DNA of 60,863 nt from an uncultured Myxococcales bacterium. GTDB lineage: Bacteria > Myxococcota_A > UBA9042 > DTJE01. The position numbers were made by a program, and so were the translations under genes. The stretch covers positions 1-60,863 of the forward strand of contig CAYRIB010000003.1 of assembly GCA_964424165.1 (NCBI GenBank), in the 5' to 3' direction. A model generated the notes under the pieces. That model searched no databases. It was not told where the DNA came from and worked only from the letters and a program-made list of their open reading frames with translations. Shown in pieces: positions 54,376 to 60,863 of the stretch (positions are counted from its first letter, which is position 1; each line of letters opens with the position of its first letter).

Positions 54376-55386
54376 ATGGCAGGGCGCGTCAAGAAAGTCG
54401 AGGTCAAGGTCGGGGCCTTGATCCTGCTGGCCGTGGGCCTGCTGATCGGATTCCTGGTACTGCTGGGCGATTTCAGTTGTGCGCCCCAGGCGGTTCTGTA
54501 CGCGGATTTCCCGACCAGCGCGGACCTGAAGATCGGCGCCCCGGTCAAGGTCACAGGAGTGACCATCGGCAAGGTGACGGCCGTGGAGTTGTGGGGCGGG
54601 CGTCCGGATCCGGCGCACGACGGCAAGCGGGTCGACGTGCGCGTCCAGATGAAGTTGACCGCAGACTCGCTGAATCTTCTGCGGGCCGACAGCCGGTTCT
54701 ATATCACAACCCTGGGGCTGCTCGGCGAACGCTACATCGAGATCGACCCCGGGACTCCGCAGGCCCCTGCGGTTCAGGCCGGCCAGGTCCTCGATGGCAT
54801 CGGGCCGATGCGGATGGAACTGGTGGGTGCGGATGCCTCGAAGCTGATCGGGGACCTCACGGTGCTCGTCAAGGACAATCGGGGGGACATCAACGGCCTG
54901 ATTCATCATTCCCGCAATGCGGTGCAGCAGATCGACGAACTGCTCGTCACCAACAAAGCAACGATTCAAGAAATTATCGTCAACACTAATGAATCATTGA
55001 CTTCCATACGCCACCTCACAGCCCAGATTGAACGGGCCATCGGCAACGGCGACGACGTGGGCCACATCCTGGCATCCCTGCGCGTGGTCAGCGAGCGTCT
55101 CGAGGAGGCGTCCCCCGCGCTCAAGGTCATGGCCGGGATCCTGAACAAGGCCGACAAGGGTGTCGGCGAGGTGACGACCATCCTGGCCACGGCGCGCCAG
55201 ATTGTGACCGATGCCCAGCAGGACGTCGGGGCAACGCTCAAGAATGCCCGTCAGATCACGGAAGCGGTCCGCGACGGCCGTGGCAGCATCGGGGCCTTCG
55301 TGGCCGATCGCGAACTCTACGACAACGTCGTGGAAATGCTCAAGGACCTCAAGCGCCATCCCTGGAAGTTCCTGTGGAAAGAATGA
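54376..55386 (+). CDS. mlaD: MlaD/MCE-domain protein with long helical C-terminal extension
   Basis: N-terminal TM helix (VGALILLAVGLLIGFLVLLG). One MCE domain (LYADFPTSADLKIGAPVKVTGVTIGKVTAVEL...GLLGERYIEIDPG). About 200 further aa are predicted helical. 336 aa. Confidence 0.88.
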   Translation: MAGRVKKVEVKVGALILLAVGLLIGFLVLLGDFSCAPQAVLYADFPTSADLKIGAPVKVTGVTIGKVTAVELWGGRPDPAHDGKRVDVRVQMKLTADSLNLLRADSRFYITTLGLLGERYIEIDPGTPQAPAVQAGQVLDGIGPMRMELVGADASKLIGDLTVLVKDNRGDINGLIHHSRNAVQQIDELLVTNKATIQEIIVNTNESLTSIRHLTAQIERAIGNGDDVGHILASLRVVSERLEEASPALKVMAGILNKADKGVGEVTTILATARQIVTDAQQDVGATLKNARQITEAVRDGRGSIGAFVADRELYDNVVEMLKDLKRHPWKFLWKE

Positions 55387-56069
55387 TCGGCCAGAGTCCG
55401 AGACGTCGGACATGGTTCGCAACGCTGACGGCGGTGGGCACGCTCGCGCTGCTGTCCTCTTCGGCATTCGCAGTTCCCGATGCCAGCCACAGCCCCTTGA
55501 CCATGCTCGAGCGCATCGCGTTCGCGGACCGTCTGGCTCGGGGCGGCCGCCTCGGTCAGGCTTTCGCGGGCTATCTCGTGGTGCTCAAGGACTACCCGAC
55601 GTGGTGGCTGCCCATGCTCAAGGCGGGCGTGACGGCCCGAGCCATGCGCATGCCGCCGGACACCGTGCGGGAACTGGTGTCACGGGCCATGGGCCTGTCC
55701 CCGGAAGGCCCTTATGCGGGCCTGATCGCCATGCTGCTCGGGCTCGAGGCCGGGCAACCGCCTCCTGCACTTCCAGGCGACCATGCGTTGCCCGGCGTAG
55801 AGAACCTGCCCGGGGACAAAAGGGACCTGATCCGCGACCGGCAGGACTTTGCTCGGGCCCTGCAGGCCGAACGGTCGGACAGCCGGGTCGAAGCCAAGGC
55901 CCTCTATCGCGAACTCATCCAACGACGTCCGACGTTCGTGGCGGCACGAGTCCGGCTGGCCCGGATGCTCTTCGCCGATGGTGCGTCGGACGAGGCGAGA
56001 GGCCTGTTGATGAACACCCGCGCCACGTCCCTCTTACCGGCGCGGATTCAGGCGATGAGCCGACGATGA
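55383..56069 (+). CDS. secreted helical-repeat (TPR-like) protein, function unknown
   Basis: The ATG at 55383 forms an ATGA overlap with the mlaD stop. Signal peptide TLTAVGTLALLSSSAFA|VPD. The remainder is Ala/Leu/Arg-rich and helical. Confidence 0.6.
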   Translation: MIGQSPRRRTWFATLTAVGTLALLSSSAFAVPDASHSPLTMLERIAFADRLARGGRLGQAFAGYLVVLKDYPTWWLPMLKAGVTARAMRMPPDTVRELVSRAMGLSPEGPYAGLIAMLLGLEAGQPPPALPGDHALPGVENLPGDKRDLIRDRQDFARALQAERSDSRVEAKALYRELIQRRPTFVAARVRLARMLFADGASDEARGLLMNTRATSLLPARIQAMSRR

Positions 56070-56228
56070 ACAAAGACTTCAAACAAAGATGCGTCGAGCG
56101 TGTGAAGAACGCAAAAATATTGTTGACGACCTCGCCCGACCCTTATAAGAATAGATGGGCTCGATGGATCCCGCAGGTTGGGACCTCGATGCAGGCGCCT
56201 CTGTAGAGGATTGCGACGGGAGCTTGCC

Positions 56229-57986
56229 ATGACTGTCGGGTTGATCATTTCGTTGGTGGGCGCTGTGGTTGCCCTGATCGGCACGCTCGCCTTCTCCTGG
56301 GTGGACGAAGATGTCGTCAAGTTCGCCGACGTCGTGCTCCATTCGGGCTATGCCTGGTGGACGGGGGTGATCTTCCTGATCACCAGTTTCCTGGGTCTGG
56401 GCGCTTGCGTCGCCGGGCTGATCACTCCGCGCAAGAAGCTTTTCGCGATGATTGGCCTCGGGCTTGCCGTGGCCGGGTTCGTGTTCTTCCTGCTGACTCC
56501 CTTCCAGGTCCGATCGATGATCGAGCAAATGAAGGCCGGTGGCCTGCTCGACGTGACCACCACCACGGCCATGTCCACGGGATTCATCATGGCGTTTTTG
56601 GGCACCCTGGCCATGGTCGTCGGATACGTGTGGACCCTTGGGGCCCAGCCGATCCTCGGACCGGACGATCGCCTTCTGCGCGTGGCGCTGCTGTGGCAGG
56701 GCAAGCTGATCAAGGAAACCACGTTCACGGAACATCGCGACATCACGGTCGGCGACGGCGTGAAATCGGATTTCGTTCTTCCGACCAAGGACTTCGGGAA
56801 GTCTACGTCCCTGTTCCGGTACGACCACAAAACCGGCTACGATGTGGGGCTGCATCGTGAGATGCAGGGGCGCGTCAGCATCGGCGGCAATGTCACTTCG
56901 GTCGCCGAACACGTCAAGAAGCACACGGGCGATGCGCTTGGCACGAACTGGGTGTCGGTCGGCAGCGGCGACTGGGGCGTGATGGAATTCGGGGACGTGG
57001 AACTGTTCTTCCAGTTCGTGCGTCCCACCGTGATCGTGGGCCGGCAACGCGCCCTCGCCATGGACCATACGATTGTGGCCGCCATCGTGGGCGCCCTGTT
57101 CGTGGTGGCCGCGTTCTTCACCGTGGCCCAGTTCGCGTGGAATCCATTCGGGAACATCGAGCAGCGCAAGGTCGAAAAGCGGCTCATGTCCGTGAACGTG
57201 AACGTGCTCGAAGAAAAGGTCGAACAGTTGCTCGAGATCGGCGAAGAAGAGGACACCGTCGGCAAGAAGGCCGAAGGTGAGGAAGGCAAGTTCGGCGACC
57301 CGGACAAGGACCCGTCTCTTGAAAGCAAGGTTCCCAAGCGCGAAGGCATGATGGTGTCGAAGATCGACCCCAAGAAGATCGGGCTTGCGAACGTGCTGTC
57401 CAACAGCATGAAGTCGGGCGCGATATCGTCGATCCTCAGCGACAACGCGGATGCCTTCGACAACAAGATGGCCGTGGCCATGGCCGGAACCGGCTCCGAA
57501 CTTTCGATCGGCTACGGGGCCGGCGGCATGGGCTTCAAGGGCACGGGCTCCGGCGGTGGCGGCACCGGGGGCTACGGCCGCATCCACGGGCTGGGTCGGG
57601 TCGACACCGGCGGCGGAATGGGCATGCGCGCGGGCCTGGGCAAGAAGGGCACGGGCAAGGTCGGAAAGTTCAGTCCCGGCGGCATGTCGGGTTCCGGCTT
57701 CTGTCAGCGCAATGACATCCAGTCCAAGGTGATGCAGCGGGCGGGCGCCATCCGCGCCTGCTACGAGCAGCAGCTCCAGATTCACGAGAATCTCGCCGGC
57801 AAGGTGACGGTCCGCTGGACCATCAACCTCGAGGGCGTGGTCGACGGCGCTTCCGTGCTCGACAGCACCCTGGGAAACAGTGCCGTCGAACAGTGCGTGA
57901 TGCGTGCCATCCGCCGAATCCGGTTCGCGCCACCGGAAGGCGGCGTTTGCGTGGTACAGTGGCCGTTCGTGTTCAACCCGGGCTAG
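56229..57986 (+). CDS. TonB-like protein: polytopic N-terminus, Gly-rich linker, AgmX/PglI-type (TonB-C-like) C-terminal domain
   Basis: Trimmed to Met18, which is preceded by GGGAG. Four N-terminal TM helices, a soluble module, a fifth TM helix, a charged E/K region, a GGxG-rich linker, and the C-terminal CQRNDIQSKVMQRAGAIRACYEQQL...KVTVRWTINLEGVV...VEQCVMRAIRRIRFAPPEGGVCVVQWPFVF. Confidence 0.75.
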   Translation: MTVGLIISLVGAVVALIGTLAFSWVDEDVVKFADVVLHSGYAWWTGVIFLITSFLGLGACVAGLITPRKKLFAMIGLGLAVAGFVFFLLTPFQVRSMIEQMKAGGLLDVTTTTAMSTGFIMAFLGTLAMVVGYVWTLGAQPILGPDDRLLRVALLWQGKLIKETTFTEHRDITVGDGVKSDFVLPTKDFGKSTSLFRYDHKTGYDVGLHREMQGRVSIGGNVTSVAEHVKKHTGDALGTNWVSVGSGDWGVMEFGDVELFFQFVRPTVIVGRQRALAMDHTIVAAIVGALFVVAAFFTVAQFAWNPFGNIEQRKVEKRLMSVNVNVLEEKVEQLLEIGEEEDTVGKKAEGEEGKFGDPDKDPSLESKVPKREGMMVSKIDPKKIGLANVLSNSMKSGAISSILSDNADAFDNKMAVAMAGTGSELSIGYGAGGMGFKGTGSGGGGTGGYGRIHGLGRVDTGGGMGMRAGLGKKGTGKVGKFSPGGMSGSGFCQRNDIQSKVMQRAGAIRACYEQQLQIHENLAGKVTVRWTINLEGVVDGASVLDSTLGNSAVEQCVMRAIRRIRFAPPEGGVCVVQWPFVFNPG

Positions 57987-58131
57987 AGGGTCTGGCGCCG
58001 TCAACGTGGTTGACTTTGGCGCCGGCCACGGGTACAAGAACAGGGCGGGCCGCCGGTTTGGTTGGGTTCCCCGAGGGCAACTGCGGGGTTGTTTTGGGTC
58101 CGAGGCATTGAAATCAGGGAGGGGTTCTCAG

Positions 58132-58803
58132 ATGTTTGAATTCATCGGCGAGGCCTTTGACAAGGGCGGCTTGAACATGTACGTGATCCTCATCACGTTC
58201 ATCTTCCTGCTGGGCTTGCTGGTCGAACGCATCATCGTTTTGTACTTCCAGTCCAACGTGGACAAGGAAGGCTTCACGAAGGTGCTCACGCGGAACATCC
58301 TGGCGGGCGACTTGCGCAACGCGCTCAAGTTGTGCTCGATCTCGAAGTTCCCGCTGGCCAAGATCCTGCAGGCCGGACTGATGAAGGCCAAGGAGTCCGA
58401 TGCCGAGGTTCAGGCCGCGATGGACGAAGCAGCCCTGCGCGAGATGCCCCGCATCGAGAAGCGCATCGGCTATCTGGCCATGCTCGGTAACGTCGGCGTG
58501 CTCATGGGTCTGCTGGGAACCATTCTCGGCCTGATCCGTTCGTTCGGCGCCGTGGCGAATGCCAGTGCCGCAGAAAAGGCGACCGAGCTCGCGAAGGGCA
58601 TTTCCGAGGCCATGTACAACACGGCCTTTGGTCTGACCGTCGCCATCATCGCGGTCGTGGCGTATGCCTTCATGCAGTCCAAGTCGCAGCACCTGGTCGA
58701 CGACATCAACGAAACCACGGTGAGCCTGCTGAACCTGATCACGTCCAACCGTGACAAGTTCCAGGGCGAGAAGGCGAACACGCGGGTCGAGGACAACGCC
58801 TAG
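58132..58803 (+). CDS. exbB: MotA/TolQ/ExbB family proton channel
   Basis: Trimmed to Met77, which is preceded by GGGAGGGG. LGNVGVLMGLLGTILGLIRSF...ISEAMYNTAFGLTVAIIAVVAY is typical of ExbB/TolQ. 223 aa. Confidence 0.9.
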   Translation: MFEFIGEAFDKGGLNMYVILITFIFLLGLLVERIIVLYFQSNVDKEGFTKVLTRNILAGDLRNALKLCSISKFPLAKILQAGLMKAKESDAEVQAAMDEAALREMPRIEKRIGYLAMLGNVGVLMGLLGTILGLIRSFGAVANASAAEKATELAKGISEAMYNTAFGLTVAIIAVVAYAFMQSKSQHLVDDINETTVSLLNLITSNRDKFQGEKANTRVEDNA

Positions 58804-58856
58804 GCCGGCGACAGGTTCCGAAGCGGAATGCGCTTCGGGAAACGACGGAGGAACCC

Positions 58857-59354
58857 ATGGGCGGCGTTTCTGAACCGACCCCAGGAAAGGGGAAGAAGGA
58901 CCTCAACGTCGAGTTGAACCTGGTCCCCTTCATCGACCTGATGACCGTGTGCGTGACGTTCCTGCTGCTGACCGCGGTCTGGACCCAGACGACCCGGATC
59001 AACATCGACCAGTCGGTGGCCAAGCCGCAGCCCAAGCAGGAACAGAAGGAACCGCCCAAGCGTCTGACCATCGTGGTCGACCAGGCCGGCTACACGGTCA
59101 AGTGGGCAGATCAGCGCCAGGAGACCTTTCCCAAGGTCGACAGCAACTACAACGAGGTCGCCCTGCGGGAGCATCTCGAGAAGCTGATCAAGGACGAGGC
59201 CGAGAAGCTTCCCAAGGATCAGAAGGTCATCGTGGCCCCCGAGGACAAGGTGGCCTACAAGGACATGGTGCAGGTCATGGATGTGTGCATCCGTGTCGGC
59301 CTGCCCAACATCATGGTAGCCGATGCCGCATCAGCCATGGCCGGGATGATGTAG
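58857..59354 (+). CDS. exbD: ExbD/TolR family protein 1
   Basis: LNLVPFIDLMTVCVTFLLL (the conserved TM Asp) and a periplasmic domain ...VIVAPEDKVAYKDMVQVMDVCIRVG. 165 aa. Confidence 0.88.
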   Translation: MGGVSEPTPGKGKKDLNVELNLVPFIDLMTVCVTFLLLTAVWTQTTRINIDQSVAKPQPKQEQKEPPKRLTIVVDQAGYTVKWADQRQETFPKVDSNYNEVALREHLEKLIKDEAEKLPKDQKVIVAPEDKVAYKDMVQVMDVCIRVGLPNIMVADAASAMAGMM

Positions 59355-59363
59355 GAGGTTTCG

Positions 59364-59948
59364 ATGCCCATTGTCGCACCAGGCTCCCGGATCGGCTCGA
59401 GCGTCCGGATGAAGGGCCTGAAAGTCCAGAAGGGGAAGGGCGGCCGCAGCATGCTGGTCTACCTCAACCTGACCCCGATGATCGACATGTTCACGATTCT
59501 GGTCGTCTTCCTGCTGATGACCTTCTCGGCAACCGGCGAAATCCTGTTCACCCAGAAGGACATCCAGTTGCCCAGGGCATTTGCGGACAAACCCCTCGAA
59601 CGCGTGCCGATCATCGGGATCTCGCAGGAAGTCATTCTGGTGGAAGGCGAGAAGGTGATGTTCACCAGCGGCGTCCAGGAAAAGAACTACCCCGACGCCA
59701 AGCTGCCCGAGCTCGCCAAGATGCTGAAAACGACTCACGAGCAGTTCATCCACGGCAATCCCATGCCGAGCGACAAGGAACGTGCCGAGCGCTGGATCGA
59801 GGAATCGAAGCAGATCATCATCCAGGCTGACCAGGGCGTGCCCTTCGAAGTCATCCGCCTCGTCATGACCACCGCGGCCTTCGAGGGCTATTCCGCGATC
59901 AACTTCGCGGTCGTGCCCAAGGGCACGGGAACCTTCGCTGCCGAATAA
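59364..59948 (+). CDS. exbD: ExbD/TolR family protein 2
   Basis: YLNLTPMIDMFTILVVFLLM (TM Asp) and ...IIQADQGVPFEVIRLVMTTAAFEG. 194 aa. Starts 9 nt after exbD 1. Confidence 0.85.
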   Translation: MPIVAPGSRIGSSVRMKGLKVQKGKGGRSMLVYLNLTPMIDMFTILVVFLLMTFSATGEILFTQKDIQLPRAFADKPLERVPIIGISQEVILVEGEKVMFTSGVQEKNYPDAKLPELAKMLKTTHEQFIHGNPMPSDKERAERWIEESKQIIIQADQGVPFEVIRLVMTTAAFEGYSAINFAVVPKGTGTFAAE

Positions 59949-59971
59949 GCTTCCACTGACCAAGACTGGAT

Positions 59972-60862
59972 TTAGGGAACGCTGCGGAGGATCGTGGGTT
60001 CGATGTTGCGGACCACGTGCAGCGGTGCGGACATCATGCGCCCCCCAAGGGTCATCGCGGCCACGGATTCGATGTCCTGGACCAGCGGCGTCACCGACAA
60101 CGTGCTCTCGTCCCGCACCGACACGGACAGGGTCTTCTCAAGCACCTTGGGCACGTCCGCTGCCGCAAAGATGCCGACGTAGATGTCCTTGACCTGCCGC
60201 GTGGGCTCGTCGCGCCCCACGACAATGGTTCCGTCCGACCAGATGGCGTACCCGCCGAGGTCGGGCCCGAAGCTTCGATAGCGAACCACCGGCCCCACGT
60301 TCGGCAGGATCTCCTTTTGTCCTTCCTTCACCGGGGCGAGTTGCAGCACCGGCACCCCGTCGACCGAGTCCGCCACGAAGAACAACGCGACCGGGTCGAT
60401 CGATTCGTCGAACTGCGCCATGGCCCGGGCAAACACCTTGACCCTCGCGGGCACGTTCACACCCCGGACCGGCTGTCCGTGCTCGTCCTCGAACCCGTGA
60501 AAGGCGATGCGTGCGCCTGCGGGCACGATCGCTAGGGGCACCCGGATGGTGTCGGTCGGTTCGGTCACCGCACCGTCGAAGAAATCGATTACGAGTTCCT
60601 CTTTGCGACCGATGTCCTGCGGGACATCGATGTGATCCTGACAGTCGAGGCTCTCGTGCGTCGCACCGAAGGCCCGTGCCACGAAGCGGCGGGAGTCGGC
60701 CCGGGACACGACCTCGCACTCGAACTTGACCCGCGTGCCCGCCATCACGTCGATCGGCCGATAGCTCTGGTTCTCGGTGAGTTCCATGCGCATGAAAGGC
60801 TCGTCATCCACGTGCACGATGGTCAGCTTGGGCGTCTCGAAGGCTTCGAGCGAGCGAGCCCC
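59972..60862 (-). CDS. hypothetical protein, C-terminal part (5' end lies right of the window)
   Basis: The frame of track ORF 59972..60817 remains open to the window edge (...LEAFETPKLTIV-HVDDEPF...). GC3-rich codons. I see no recognisable motif. Confidence 0.55.
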   Translation of the reverse strand, partial: GARSLEAFETPKLTIVHVDDEPFMRMELTENQSYRPIDVMAGTRVKFECEVVSRADSRRFVARAFGATHESLDCQDHIDVPQDIGRKEELVIDFFDGAVTEPTDTIRVPLAIVPAGARIAFHGFEDEHGQPVRGVNVPARVKVFARAMAQFDESIDPVALFFVADSVDGVPVLQLAPVKEGQKEILPNVGPVVRYRSFGPDLGGYAIWSDGTIVVGRDEPTRQVKDIYVGIFAAADVPKVLEKTLSVSVRDESTLSVTPLVQDIESVAAMTLGGRMMSAPLHVVRNIEPTILRSVP

Positions 60863-60863
60863 C

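Noticed and set aside
56123-56149. TTGACG ... TATAAG promoter-like boxes upstream of the TonB-like gene.
   Set aside because: The spacer is only 15 nt, outside the usual 16-18 nt range. Alternative -10 hexamers at proper spacing are poor matches.
57994-58023. Hairpin GGCGCC-GTCAAC-gtg-GTTGAC-ttt-GGCGCC just after the TonB-like gene, as an intrinsic terminator.
   Set aside because: No U-tract follows the stem, so it is not a convincing rho-independent terminator. It may still be a processing or binding site, but I cannot support a specific call.

Overview
High-GC, gene-dense chromosomal segment with about 60 protein genes on both strands and one tRNA. I saw no rRNA, CRISPR array, IS element or prophage. 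All calls come from reading the ORF track and sequence by eye (motifs, Shine-Dalgarno sites, stop/start overlaps); no database search was run. Starts were often trimmed from the longest track ORF, because this GC content produces long spurious N-terminal extensions and antisense shadow ORFs. The gene style suggests a Myxococcota / deltaproteobacteria-like organism: a Ser/Thr kinase, three FHA-domain proteins, an FHA-type sigma-54 activator, PilZ proteins, and a TonB-like protein with an AgmX/PglI-type tail next to ExbB-ExbD-ExbD. Housekeeping content: ribF, tRNA-Val-infC-rpmI-rplT-ihfA-merR, rpsU, serS, RNase E/G, pdxB, ftsH, a XerC/D recombinase and an H+-pyrophosphatase. Metabolic content: a tightly coupled seven-gene hdrCBA-flxDCBA heterodisulfide-reductase/NAD(P)H oxidoreductase operon, an acyl-CoA dehydrogenase and an aminotransferase. 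The best candidate for an undescribed system is at 50.9-59.9 kb. It is an Mla/MCE-type transporter encoded as ATPase1-permease1-permease2-ATPase2-MCE. The two ATPases carry complementary degenerate motifs (Walker B Glu->Asp in one, LSGG->IGPS in the other) that fall in the same composite ATP site. This cluster is followed co-directionally by a secreted helical protein and a TonB-like/ExbB/ExbD/ExbD proton-motive-force module. Other points worth a second look: a 945-aa orphan membrane protein coupled to ribF; a 485-aa orphan membrane protein with three internal repeats; a GH16 lipoprotein with unclassified Cys-rich C-terminal repeats; a kinase/CYTH/FHA/PilZ signalling knot sharing a zinc-ribbon module; and several intergenic repeat arrays.
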